A stretch of 64,000 bases of DNA from contig CAWHWX010000001.1 in the NCBI GenBank assembly GCA_963833125.1, forward strand, positions 96,001 to 160,000, in the 5' to 3' direction. Within the stretch, counting starts at the first letter, position 1; every line of letters starts with the position of its first letter. The notes beneath the pieces were generated by a model that was not told the DNA's origin, ran no database searches, and saw only the letters and a list, made by a program, of their open reading frames with translations. The translations under genes were made by a program, and so were the position numbers. Source of the stretch: Candidatus Bathyarchaeota archaeon. GTDB lineage: Archaea; Thermoproteota; Bathyarchaeia; 40CM-2-53-6. Below, in pieces: positions 8,580 through 19,618 of this stretch.

Positions 8580-9809
8580 ATGAGTACTTTCGAGAAACTG
8601 GGTTTAAGCCCAGAAATATTGGATGCTATCAAAGCACTTGGGTTCGAGCGACAGTTTCCGATCCAAGAAGCAACGATTCCGCTTCTGCAGCGCGGAACCG
8701 ATGTGATTGGTCAAGCTCATACTGGAACTGGAAAGACCGCAGCCTTCGGGCTACCGCTCCTGGAGATCGTTGACGAAAAGAATCTGAATATTCAGGCGCT
8801 GGTGCTAGTTCCGACACGCGAGCTTGCGGTGCAAGTAGCAGGCGACATTAACTCGTATGGCAGATTCACTCGCAAGCGTGCTCTTGCGATCTATGGTGGT
8901 CAATCAATTAACCTTCAAATGCGCGCCTTGGAAGATTGCCCTCAGATTATAGTTGGAACGCCCGGGCGAATCATCGATCATATAGAGCGCGGATCCGTTC
9001 ACCTTGACAAAGTCCAGTACGTTGTTCTGGATGAGGCTGACAGGTTGCTGGACATGGGTTTCATTGGTGACATTGAGCATATTCTAACTAAGACTAGAAG
9101 TAAACGTCAAATCGCATTCTTCTCCGCAACTATGCCCAAGGATGTACTGAAACTTGCCCGTAGATATATGAAGAATCCTCGCGAAGTTCTGATCGAACCG
9201 GAGGATCTCAGCGTCAGGGAGATCAGCCAATACTACTACCAAGTGGACCATGAAAGAAAACTTGATGCGCTCCTAAGAATCCTGCAGGACAAAGAAGTAC
9301 AACGTGCCATAGTTTTCTGCCGAACCAAACGCAGCACATTCTGGCTGAACCAATCACTCAGGAGAAGAAATCAAGACGCCATAGCGCTAAACGGTGACCT
9401 CAGCCAACATCAACGCGATAGAGCAATGAACTCATTTCGAGGGGGTCACAGCCGTATACTGGTTGCCACTGACCTAGCCGGAAGAGGTTTAGACATTGAC
9501 GGCGTTACACACATCATCAACTATGACGTTCCTGAGAATCCGTATACTTACTTCCACAGGATTGGTCGAACCGGTCGAGCTGGCAAAACAGGAAGGGCAG
9601 TGACGATAGTATCCGCGGAACAAAATAGCGACTTTCGAGCAATACAATCGATGGCAGACGACCGGATTGAGCGACTTAACTTCACCTCTGGCCCTGGGGG
9701 GCGAGAGGAATCGTGGATATCTAGTGGTGAAACTCGTCGCGCTTTCGGGGGAAGATCACAATACCCAAGGCACCGCCGCCATTCAAACTATCGATATTCG
9801 CGCCGCTGA
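8580..9809 (+). CDS. DEAD-box RNA helicase
   Basis: Q motif, AHTGTGKT, PTRELA, DEAD, SAT, HRIGRTGR; Arg-rich tail. Confidence 0.95.
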   Translation: MSTFEKLGLSPEILDAIKALGFERQFPIQEATIPLLQRGTDVIGQAHTGTGKTAAFGLPLLEIVDEKNLNIQALVLVPTRELAVQVAGDINSYGRFTRKRALAIYGGQSINLQMRALEDCPQIIVGTPGRIIDHIERGSVHLDKVQYVVLDEADRLLDMGFIGDIEHILTKTRSKRQIAFFSATMPKDVLKLARRYMKNPREVLIEPEDLSVREISQYYYQVDHERKLDALLRILQDKEVQRAIVFCRTKRSTFWLNQSLRRRNQDAIALNGDLSQHQRDRAMNSFRGGHSRILVATDLAGRGLDIDGVTHIINYDVPENPYTYFHRIGRTGRAGKTGRAVTIVSAEQNSDFRAIQSMADDRIERLNFTSGPGGREESWISSGETRRAFGGRSQYPRHRRHSNYRYSRR

Positions 9810-9923
9810 AGCTGCGCATTCATGAAATATTGTAGCGGCTAGTATCCTATACTTCTATACTACCGTAAAATCAGCAAACACATAACAAACGTGACGCCAC
9901 GTCGGGTTTTCCGCGAATCTGGG

Positions 9924-10292
9924 CTAGTCAGTGGGACTCAACTGGAGCGCTCCCTTCCTGACAATGATCTCATCCCCACTTCGTATCCATAGAATTCGTT
10001 CCTCTTCGTGGGGTGTGGATTTCAGTTTCAAAAATTCCCTAATATGTTTGGGAACGGCCGCCCTTCCACCTCTACTGAGGATTGTTTTTCTGAAACTCGA
10101 TTGGAGCGTTCCTCTTCTGACGATCACCTCATCGGCCTTTTGTATCCATAGCAGTTTTTCCCTCTTTTGGGGTGTGTATCTCAGTTTCAATACTTTCATT
10201 ACCTGTTTAGGAACGGTCGTCCTTCCGCCTCTGCTGAGAATTGATATTCCGAGAGGAAGTTCGTTTGCCAAATCTGCACGCAGACACTCCAA
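9924..10292 (-). CDS. Tandem AbrB/SpoVT-like DNA-binding protein
   Basis: Two internal repeats ILSRGGR..VPK....LKL..TP...E..LWI...DE.IVR.G. Confidence 0.65.
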   Translation of the reverse strand: MECLRADLANELPLGISILSRGGRTTVPKQVMKVLKLRYTPQKREKLLWIQKADEVIVRRGTLQSSFRKTILSRGGRAAVPKHIREFLKLKSTPHEEERILWIRSGDEIIVRKGALQLSPTD

Positions 10293-10399
10293 ATCACCCG
10301 ACTCTTATTAAGCATAAACGAGTTTGGAGCTAGTTACAAATGTGACCGTCCACAAACCCACGGTTTCAACACCACGCAATTTATCAGCTCGATTTCTTG

Positions 10400-10468
10400 C
10401 GTGTACGCACACCACCCACTTGCAACATGATAAATCGATGAAGATCTCCAGTGGTAGTGCGCACCCAC
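10400..10468 (+). repeat. Degenerate remnants of the 28-bp repeat
   Basis: GTGTACGCACAC near 10401 and GTGCGCACCCACAC near 10457; left arms poorly conserved. Confidence 0.4.
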
Positions 10469-10556
10469 ACCAAAACGGACGCTACATCGCCGGCTTACTG
10501 TGTTGATGGGAACGACAAATGGCGAAGCGGAGTGGGCAATTAAAGCCGGGAACGCT

Positions 10557-11956
10557 TCACCGTGTAGTCGAAGATGAGAGCTTCCTTCTCGAAGTAGCTA
10601 TGGCGATTCCGCCCAGCACTACTGCTATGGCTATCGCCGCATACCCGAGGTACATAGCGTTACTCGTCTGATTCTGAAGATTCGCGAGTGAGTTTTGAAG
10701 AGCGCTTTGGGAAGCTTGTACAATACTTATCTGGTCACTCAACGCGCTTACCGCCGTCTGGTTCTCGACTGCGCCCAGCAACTGGACCTTCACGGATGAG
10801 CTTGCGATGTTTCCCACAATCGTGGTCTTCGAAGCGTTGAACACTCCGATCCCGTAGACTTCATTCTGGATAGTATTTCCCATTACTAGAGTGTCCGTCA
10901 CTGGATCATTGGTGGGTGATAGCACGGCTATTGCCGTCGGAGCTGGCTGGGGAAAGTCGTAGTCCGGTCCGTTTCCGCTCAAGACGTTTCCTATGACGCT
11001 GTTACCCGCCACCGTTGTGTTCGGTGAGCTGCCATCGATGTCAACGCCTTCGGTTGCGCTGTTTACGATCGTGTTATCCTTCACGGTATTATTGACCACG
11101 GGATGTCCCAGGTATGGGCGTCGCCACGACAACTCCTTCGGCATTGCCTGAAACAACGTTGTTAAGGATCACATTGTCCAGCACCCCCTGACCCGGATCA
11201 TATGCAGAAACCACAATTCCGCAGCCTCCGACATTGTTGATGACAGTGTTGTCGGCGACCAAGTTGTTGGTGGATGGGTGGTTTGCACCGGGTGTAGCAG
11301 GATGGAACACGTTTTCGACTATTCCCAGGATCGAGCGGTCCGTCATCGCTGATTCCGATTCCCCCATCACCGACGCTTCCGACAACTGTGTTCCCGATAA
11401 CGGTTGACTGTGAGCTTCCGACGAGTTGTATCGCTTTGTCGTCCAGGATACATGACGGAGTACTGGCGAGGATGTTGATAGGACAAACCTGACTCGCGTT
11501 GAGGACGCTGTTGAACACGTAGTCGAACTGAACGTCACGCGAGGCGTCCTGGACGTATATCCCTTGGGCGTTGGCGTTTTCAACTGTGAGGCCTTCGATC
11601 GTCGTTCCATTCGCATTTGCGCCGGTGATCGCGACGCCATTGAGCGCACCGGCAGCATTGATGATCGTATTTGTCGGTTGTGAGCTTTCTGATTCCAGAG
11701 TCAGCGGTTTGGTTATTGTCACGGATTCGGTATAAGTCCCTGGAGCAATCTTGAGGATTGCGCCAGCTGGTGCGACGCTAACTGCGTAAGTAATGTTCGC
11801 GTAGGGATTGGTTGATGAACCGTTACCTTTGGCGTCGCTTCCGGTGGGGCTTACGTAAATGATCGTCGGTTGCTGACCGTGAACCGCGATAACGGGAAGG
11901 GTTGATAGGAAACAGATAATGAGGATTGTCAGTTCAAACTTCTTGAGGGTCGACAT
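10557..11956 (-). CDS. Secreted right-handed beta-helix protein with C-terminal membrane anchor (split by indels)
   Basis: Signal peptide, YVSPTGSD..G.GS...PY motif, Asn-ladder repeats spread over three frames, C-terminal TM plus RRK. Confidence 0.8.
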
Positions 11957-12053
11957 CTTTCTGCCGATATATTCTTGCCGCACTCGTCTAAGCCTCTCCC
12001 CATTGGTCCGTAGCGTCCTCTAAAATAAATTACACTGAGAGATACTTCGCTTT

Positions 12054-12081
12054 CTTGATGCGCACCAATAGACCTCGCCGG
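12054..12081 (-). repeat. 28-bp dispersed repeat copy (degenerate)
   Basis: Minus strand CCGGCGAGGTC-TATTGG-TGCGCATCAAG. Confidence 0.55.
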
Positions 12082-12280
12082 ATGCGATTGCAGATTATTC
12101 CCAATAGACTGCAACGTGACTCCATAGGCCACGATCGGCTGCGTGACTCGAAGGAAAATCCTCGCAGACATCGTCGGGAGAGTCACTCTCGATTAGAGCG
12201 AGCTCAGTTCGTTCTTAACTTAAATATGGGTCGTTACGAGTTGTCGCAAAGGTATTTCCGCGTGACGCAAAGAAACACAT

Positions 12281-13856
12281 GTGTTTGTGCGTGATGCAAC
12301 TGGCCTGACACGGCAGATCGGAACCTGGGAATCATTCTTGGGGAATATCCTCGCTATGGGGATAGCCTACTTCTTCGTCTTCGAGTTCTTTGCTACTTTG
12401 CTATTCCCGGGAGTGAACCTTCCAATTACCGTGTTGGTAACGTTGATTCCAGGCGTGGTCGTTGCGCTCCTTTACTATCTGTTCACGGTAGCCATGCCCC
12501 GAACCGGTGGAGACTATGTTTGGACAAGTAGGATATTGCATCCATCTCTCGGTTTCATGACAAATCTTCTGCTCACGTTCACGTGGCTTAGCAGCATAGC
12601 TACAGCGGTCGCGTGGGGCATTAGTTATGGCATGGTTCCCTCGCTGGCCGCGATCGGCCTGGTCGACAACAATCCAGCACTGACCAGCCTTTCTGCAATG
12701 CTTAACGTCGCCAATGAACGCCTTTATCTTGACCTCCGTTTTGATCGCCGTCTTCATTCTTCCCATCTTGCTGGGAACTAGGATTTCATTTCGCGTTATG
12801 ATGGTAATGTTTGTAATATCTCTCATAGGCACGCTAGTGACCGCCGCGGCATTCTATTCCGCCCCGCAGGCCACATTTATCGCGAATTTCAACAAATTTT
12901 CGGGCATGAACTATGCCACTACGATTAGCACGGCTGCACTCCCGTTGGGTTTTGCCGCAACAGCGACTCTTACTGGATCAATTTTCACAATGACGAACTT
13001 TCTAGGGTTCTTCAGCTCATCTTACTTCGCAGGTGAGGTAAAGCGGGTTGCACGCTCTCAGGTCATAGCAATGTTTGGCTCGCTATTCTTCCTCATGGCG
13101 ATCGCATTCTTAGTTTACGGCTCGGCTTACTACTCCGCCGGTTCAGATTTTCTCAACGCGATTTCCACCCTAGCTGGAACAGGAGCCACAAGTTACACAT
13201 TGCCCGCGGTTCCGGTTTTGAATTTCCTAGTAGCATTTGCTACACCTAACCCGTTTGTGATAGCACTTTCCGGGATTGCGCTCTTGGCGACGGGCTTAGG
13301 TGGAACAACACTTTTTGCGTTCGTATGCGTAAGGAACCTATTTGCCTGGTCGTTTGACAGGGTAATGCCAACGGCTATGACCAGGCTTGACTCAAAGAGA
13401 GGAGCACCTTACGTCGCGGTGCTCGTAATTCTCGTACTTGCCATTGTCTTCGCCGCTGTCTATTTCTTTACTCCGTTTTTCACTTTTTACGTTTACGCGA
13501 CGCTTAACCTCTTCATAGTATTCATAATGGTTTCAATAGCAGCGATCCTCTTTCCATACAGACAAAAATCCATTTTCGAGGCTTCTCCAAGGACAGTGAG
13601 GTGGAAGATCGGAGGAGTACCATTCATAACGATTCTCGGAATAATAGGTGTGATCGTGAACGCGTATTTTGGTTACGCAACGACTTCCCCAGCCATTACG
13701 CCGCCGCCTAGCGGAGCCGTTCTCCAGTCCCTCGCTTTTGCAAGCGTTCCTCTTACCATAATTGCGGGCTTACTGATATACGCGGTCTCCTATTACGTGA
13801 GAAAGTCACAGGGCATCACTCTAGGCCTCGCGTTCAAACAACTCCCGCCAGAGTAA
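12281..13856 (+). CDS. APC-family amino acid permease (one frameshift near 12715)
   Basis: FVRDATGLTR, AMPRTGGDYVW, FAWSFDR and C-terminal FKQLPPE motifs across two ORFs. Confidence 0.88.
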
Positions 13857-13980
13857 GACGAAACATCGTCACGACACTCACCTTCTCCAAGTCAAGAGAA
13901 ATAGTGGCCATGTTCCATCTCAGTAATGCTACTTCATGCAAGGTTACCTCGATATTAGCCGGACGCGACAACGCCATTTG

Positions 13981-14889
13981 ATGAAAGCAATGGTCAAGAG
14001 AACTGAAGGCAAAGTCAGGGTACTGGGCTTCAAGCTCTTCTACAAGGTCTTCAGTCCCGAGAGTTACAATAGCACGCTCGTCTGTTTGCATGGTGGACCT
14101 GGAGCGACTCACGACTATCTCTTGCCGCTTGCGGATCTTGCAGACTTCGGATTTCGTGTCGTATTCTATGATCAGCTAGGCTGTGGAAGCTCGGAACTCC
14201 CCAAGAACCCTGCCCTCTACATAGTCGAGAGAGCAGTCGAAGAATTGGAAGCTTTCAGACGGACGTTGAAACTCGGACGGATACACCTAATGGGCTCTAG
14301 CTACGGCGGAATGCTCGCCCTTGCATACGCACTCAAATATCAAAGAAATCTCAACAGCATAATCACAACTGGAGGTCTCGCAAGCGTCCCTCTCACTGTT
14401 GCAGAGATGCAGAGGCTAAAGTCTCAGTTGCCGCTGAAGATTAGAAGGATACTCGAAAAGTACGAAGCGCTAGGAGAGTACGAAAATCCCGCATATGAAA
14501 AAGCGGTCATGTTCTTCTACCGGAAACATCTCCTCAGGCTTCGAAAGTGGCCGCCTGAGCAGAATTACACGATGGCCCACCTCAGCAAGCCCGTCTACTT
14601 CACAATGAACGGACCAAACGAGTTCACAATAATCGGAAACACAAGGTATTGGGACGTGACAGGTCAACTTCACACGATACGAGTACCCACGTTAGTTACT
14701 GGCGGGAAGTACGATGAGGTGACTCCCAAGGTCGCTCGAAGCATTCACAGGGAAATTAAAGGGTCGAAACTTGTCACGTTTCGAAAGAGCTCACATCTTC
14801 CCATGTGGGAGGAGAGGGAAAAATACATCCAAACTCTCAGAAGGTTCTTGTTTTCAGTCGACTCTGGACTTGCAATGAGACAAGCATAG
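13981..14889 (+). CDS. Proline iminopeptidase (alpha/beta hydrolase, tricorn factor F1-like)
   Basis: LHGGPG, YDQLGCG, GSSYGG nucleophile elbow, MNGPNEF, SSH. Confidence 0.92.
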   Translation: MKAMVKRTEGKVRVLGFKLFYKVFSPESYNSTLVCLHGGPGATHDYLLPLADLADFGFRVVFYDQLGCGSSELPKNPALYIVERAVEELEAFRRTLKLGRIHLMGSSYGGMLALAYALKYQRNLNSIITTGGLASVPLTVAEMQRLKSQLPLKIRRILEKYEALGEYENPAYEKAVMFFYRKHLLRLRKWPPEQNYTMAHLSKPVYFTMNGPNEFTIIGNTRYWDVTGQLHTIRVPTLVTGGKYDEVTPKVARSIHREIKGSKLVTFRKSSHLPMWEEREKYIQTLRRFLFSVDSGLAMRQA

Positions 14890-14916
14890 AGTTAGTGATT
14901 GAAGGTTCCCTTACGG

Positions 14917-15736
14917 TTATGCTTCAGGTTTTGATAGCCAATATCGAGCGATTTCTTGCGCCGTCGCTATCCAGACTCCTTCATGGGACTTGACATGCGT
15001 TATTATTTTTTCAAGCGTTTTGCTTGGAGCTGGCCTACCTGTAACCAGCGGGTGCATTGTTAGGCAATAGAATTTTCCTTCCTCATATAGGACATCGAAT
15101 TCATCTCGCCAGAGCTGGAACACTTCTTCCGGCGAGTATCCCCTCTCCGTAGTTATCGTAATCGTCGAGGGTAACGGCGCTGGGAAGTTCAACAATATGT
15201 TTCCCATCGTCGAACTTGTGAATGTAGGGTAGATCGTTGTCGAGTGCATCACCCCTCCAGATGAACCCGCCCATCTCATGGAGCAGGTTGATGGTGCTCT
15301 TGCTAGGATTCCAATCCGGAGTCCTGTGTCCGACCGGCCTTTTCCCTAGAATCTTCTGAACAATGTCAACCGTCTTTTGAATATCCATTTTCTCCTCTTC
15401 CTCTTTCATGTTGTAGTATGGGCGATGATCCCATCCGTGAACGGCGACCTCATGGCCCTTGTCTCGTATCGCCTTCACAACATCAGGCCTCTTCTCTGCG
15501 GTTCTCCCAACCATGCAGAATGTCCCCTTCACGTTCTGTCGATCGAGGATTCTCAAGACGCGCCACGTCCCGGCGTTTGTATCATAGTAGCCCTGACTAA
15601 CGTAGAACATTTTGTCCGGTCCGAATGAGTCAATCATTCCCGATTCGTCATCGTTGTCAAAAGAGAATACAACCGCGCATCTAATACCTGGAGGCCATAT
15701 TTTTTCGCTAGACAAACTCTTATCGCATCCACACAA
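14917..15736 (-). CDS. Polysaccharide deacetylase (NodB-like), split by frameshift
   Basis: FSFDND, HEVAVHGWDH, GHRTP, and LTMHP..GRP in the downstream frame. Confidence 0.85.
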
Positions 15737-15875
15737 TTTTCGTGAGAATCAATCTTCGCAGTTGACCCTGACAGAATATTTGAGTTTTTTCATCACGCTG
15801 TGGGAGTGCTCGAGTCGTTCTTTGAAGGGTTTTTGCGGGCGACGGCGTCGAATGGCTCAATCATCGTTTCTGTGT

Positions 15876-15903
15876 GGTGGGGGGTATGCTGGTGCGCACA
15901 CAC
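15876..15903 (+). repeat. 28-bp dispersed repeat copy
   Basis: GGTGGGGGGTA-TGCTGG-TGCGCACACAC. Confidence 0.7.
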
Positions 15904-16191
15904 AGCTTCTTGGGCATCCATCTTAGCCCTTTCGTGACAACATATCATAATGTGAAGCGTTCCTAGTGATACGTGGAAAGGGCGGCTTTTCGATCTTTCT
16001 TCTTCTCGCGTGCTTTCGACTCCCTCTTATCTCTAGCAGCCGTCCACGCTTTCTTAGATGCCCTACTCTGCTTTGCCATACATTAATCACCTCTCAGACA
16101 CAACATAGTACTCACACTCGAATAAGCAACTTCCGACGCTTTCGTAAAACTGGCCTTTATCTGCAACTTACCAGCTGTTCAATTACGAAGC

Positions 16192-16731
16192 ATGAAGGTG
16201 AAGGTCCTCGTGGAACCTATCCTGGCGACTTCGACTGTATACATTTTCGGCGGAGGCCATATCGCTGTGCATCTGGCTCAGTTCGCAAAGGCGCTTGACT
16301 TCGCAGTGATAGTGGTTGACGACCGAGAAGAGTTCGCTAATGGAAAGCGCTTTCCCATGGCTGACGAGGTGAAGTCTGGCGATTTCGTTGAAGTAATCAA
16401 GTCCATTGATTTCGCTGCAGAGGATTGCGTCGTCATAGTGACTCACGAGCACCAGCATGATGAAGTCGTCTTGAAAGAATGCCTCTCCAAGAAGAGACTA
16501 CCCGGCTACATAGGCATGATTGGGCATAAAGAGAAAGTCACAGCAAACTTCTCTCACCTGAAAGAACAGGGCATCACAGAAGAGCTGTTGGCAAGAGTAA
16601 ACGCGCCGATAGGGTTGGACATAGGATCCCACACGCCGGCCGAAATAGCGCTGAGCATAATGGCAGAAATTATCGGCCACAAGCATGGAAAGAACAATAA
16701 AGAAGACTACGGGCCGATGAGAAATCTTTAG
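16192..16731 (+). CDS. XdhC family protein (C-terminal Rossmann domain only)
   Basis: IFGGGHIA, VDDREEFA, YIGMIG, APIGLDIGSHTPAEIALSI. Confidence 0.88.
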   Translation: MKVKVLVEPILATSTVYIFGGGHIAVHLAQFAKALDFAVIVVDDREEFANGKRFPMADEVKSGDFVEVIKSIDFAAEDCVVIVTHEHQHDEVVLKECLSKKRLPGYIGMIGHKEKVTANFSHLKEQGITEELLARVNAPIGLDIGSHTPAEIALSIMAEIIGHKHGKNNKEDYGPMRNL

Positions 16732-16735
16732 GAGT

Positions 16736-16951
16736 TTACTGCGGCGTTGTCTCTTTTGCCCCATCCCAAACCCAATTACAAGTGCAGTCTTTCTCAATGC
16801 AACGCTTTCTTACCGGAGAGCTATTCGCGAAATGATTGATGACGGGGTGCCCGCAATTCTTGCAGCTCACATATTCGAGGGATTGGGTTTGAACGGTAGT
16901 TTGAGGAAGCATGAACGGAGAGCTTGCAGGAGGGGTTAGATTAATTCGCAC
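16736..16951 (-). CDS. Small putative Zn-binding protein
   Basis: CKNCGH...H...C....CTC. Confidence 0.45.
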   Translation of the reverse strand: MRINLTPPASSPFMLPQTTVQTQSLEYVSCKNCGHPVINHFANSSPVRKRCIEKDCTCNWVWDGAKETTPQ

Positions 16952-17151
16952 AACATTTACGCCATAATTCAGCCGCGGAAATTCGTCATGATTAACAAGC
17001 CGGTATATTCCCGAACCGCCATGTCAACTGGAAAACTCAGACACGCCCGCGTTCTCGTGTCTTTCGGTTTCTCCCGTCATCCCAACAAACAACCAAACAG
17101 GCTTTCGTAAGCTAGAATTTGGAATCGAGAGGCAAAGAGACAGTCAGTTGG

Positions 17152-17806
17152 TCAACTTTTCTTTCGCAGAGTAACGAAGAAGAGGTTTCGAGGAAGTTCT
17201 CCTTCCTGGAATTGCTGGACATCCATTATCTCGTATCCTTCTGCCAAAGATTCCACTTGTTTTTCATCAAAGAAACGAACGACGAACCCATCAGTTTCGT
17301 ACATATCCTCACCCCTAGCGATTCCTCTCGCGTAATGCGGATCCTGTTTTGTTCTGACGGTGAAAATGTTCAGGCCGTTAGCTTTGAGAATTCGTTTCAC
17401 CTCTCGTGAAAGAGATTCGAGCTGATCCACTGTTAAGGCCATAGAGTACAACATGTGAGAGTAGCAACCGTCCATAGATTTGCTTGGAAAGGGAAGTGGA
17501 GGTTCGCACGTCATGACACATGGAAATTACTGAATTGGAAAGTCCTAACGCTTGTGCCGTTCTCTTCAATGCGTCTATTGCAGTCTTACTGTAATCTATC
17601 GCATGCACTCTAACACCATGTAGGGCGAAAAATAACGTGTCTCTACCGTGACCACATCCGAGTTCAAGGATGTCGCGGATGTCGTTTGCCTTGAATTGTT
17701 GTAGTGCCCTTTGTGCGGCGAAGCTTGGAAGTTTGCCGTACAGAGTTGGTTCTTTTGAATAGGTGCTTTCCCAATGCTCAACTTGTCTGTTCAGCAGATC
17801 CTTCAT
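17152..17806 (-). CDS. Class I SAM-dependent methyltransferase (frameshifted)
   Basis: ILELGCGHGRD motif I; continues in a second frame (YSHML...RILKANG). Confidence 0.85.
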
Positions 17807-17918
17807 TTTACCAACGCCTGCTTTCAGTTTTCTTTGCTACCTGCGTATTTTCGATAAGCTTGGAGAAATAGAACGATCCCCAGAGTCGTTGAATGTGACC
17901 GCTTCAGAAGTGTGTTTC

Positions 17919-18617
17919 TTACAATCCTGTTAGTCCGGAGTTTACTTTGATGTTCTCTTCGTAGTGATCGGGTTTAGGCGGCCATCCTTCTTTCATGTAT
18001 TGCAGGAAATCTTCTCTTGCCTTCAGTTTCAGTGCCGGGTTGGTTCGACGTTCGAGTCCAATTGTGGATGAAGCATCGCCTGACACGAAGTGGGTCTTCC
18101 CCACGTGGCCAGGCATCACCTCGACGTGATCTTCGAGCTTAAGCAGCTTGTTGAAGATCGAATCATAGAGTTGGTTCGGGTCGCCTCTGCCGAGGTCGGT
18201 TCGCCCCACATCCCCGACTAATAGTGTATCACCCGTCAGTACCGACTTGTCCTCAACGAGAAGACTGACGTGTTCAGGCGCGTGGCCCGGCGTATGAAGG
18301 ACCCGGAACTTCAAGTTGGCTATATGGTATTCTTGCTCTGTTAGAGGAACGAACGGAAACTTGACCGGGCTTGTCTCATACATGTAGATTGGGCAATCAT
18401 TGAGTTTCTGTATCTCACGGGTGCCGGAGATGTGATCAGCGTGGATGTGCGTATCGATAACGCCTACGATTTTGCCCTCTTCTTGCTGGGCTTTCTTCAT
18501 GAACCGTTCAACATCAATCAACGGGTCGACTAGAACGAATTCTTTCCCAGAACCGGCTAAGTAAGTGCAGCATCCAGAATCTTGGGCAATCATCTGGTGG
18601 AGCAGGCGATTCACCAA
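17919..18617 (-). CDS. Metallo-beta-lactamase-fold hydrolase (glyoxalase II/persulfide dioxygenase-like)
   Basis: THIHADH, HTPGH, TGDTL, PGH, STIGLER. Confidence 0.9.
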   Translation of the reverse strand: MVNRLLHQMIAQDSGCCTYLAGSGKEFVLVDPLIDVERFMKKAQQEEGKIVGVIDTHIHADHISGTREIQKLNDCPIYMYETSPVKFPFVPLTEQEYHIANLKFRVLHTPGHAPEHVSLLVEDKSVLTGDTLLVGDVGRTDLGRGDPNQLYDSIFNKLLKLEDHVEVMPGHVGKTHFVSGDASSTIGLERRTNPALKLKAREDFLQYMKEGWPPKPDHYEENIKVNSGLTGL

Positions 18618-18633
18618 CTCATCCAGTGATTAG

Positions 18634-19600
18634 CTAGTGGCGTCGGTAGGGTTGTCCGGTGAAGGTGAATGTTTTGAATAATTCGTATACTTTGTCTGGT
18701 ATGCCTTCGACGACGTTGAGGCCTATGGCTCGGGCTACGTCGAGTGTTATGGGTGTGGCGTGGGACATGTAGCCGCGGGCGAGGAAGTCGGCGACTCGTT
18801 CCGCTTGTTCCTTATCCATCTTTCCCTGCAGGAGCCACATTACGAATGCTTTGGCGTTTTCTATTTCGAGGTTGGCGACATCTGACATTATGACCATGCG
18901 GTCGGTTATGTTCTGAATTGGTTTTGTTTTCGCTAGGGTGGTGATTGAGCCAGCGGGGTACATGCCGTCTGGTGTTGGAATCTGTGGGTCCACGGGGCCG
19001 AGAACGCTGTACTTCTCCATCCGTATCTCACCCGCTGCTAAACTCATTAGAGAACCTCCGGACATCGCGTAGAATGGTACCATGACGGTAACTTTCGATG
19101 GATGGAATTTGATCGCCATAGCCATCATTTGAGCCGCCAACGCGTAGCCTCCGGGAGTGTGGATGATGAAATCTATGGGCGTGTCCGGTGGAATCTTACG
19201 CATCTTCTGAAGAATACCCTCAGTGTCCTCAATTCCAATTTCGGGATCTGCGTCAGGCTCGGTCCAGAGCTCCTTTTTGTGAATCATCGTGAGAACTCTG
19301 GTTCCACGCTCCTTCTCCAGATCTTCGATGATGCTTTGGCGCCACGCTAGAATCCCTGCCTTGGTCGTAGGCCGCTTGAATTCTGTCTCTGCTGGGGTTT
19401 CCTTGGGGCTTAGCGCTCCCTCCCTTTCCTCTGAGGATTCAGTTTCCTCTTCCTTCTCGTCGTCTTCTTCTTCCTCGTCCTTGGATCTCTGTTTTCCATT
19501 GGGTGGGTTAATTTTGCGAAGCACGTAGAGGAGTGCGGTTGAGTTAATGGCAGTAATAGCGAGTAATCCCTAGTCCGAGGAAGAGTTCCGCGTCATCCAT
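18634..19600 (-). CDS. SDH-family (DUF114) ClpP-like serine protease with N-terminal TM and acidic linker
   Basis: IIHTPGG, YAMSGGS, LGPVDPQ, SHATPIT; ATG at 19600 joins via a 1-nt indel to give the TM segment. Confidence 0.85.
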
Positions 19601-19618
19601 CCTAGATCCCTTACTCCT

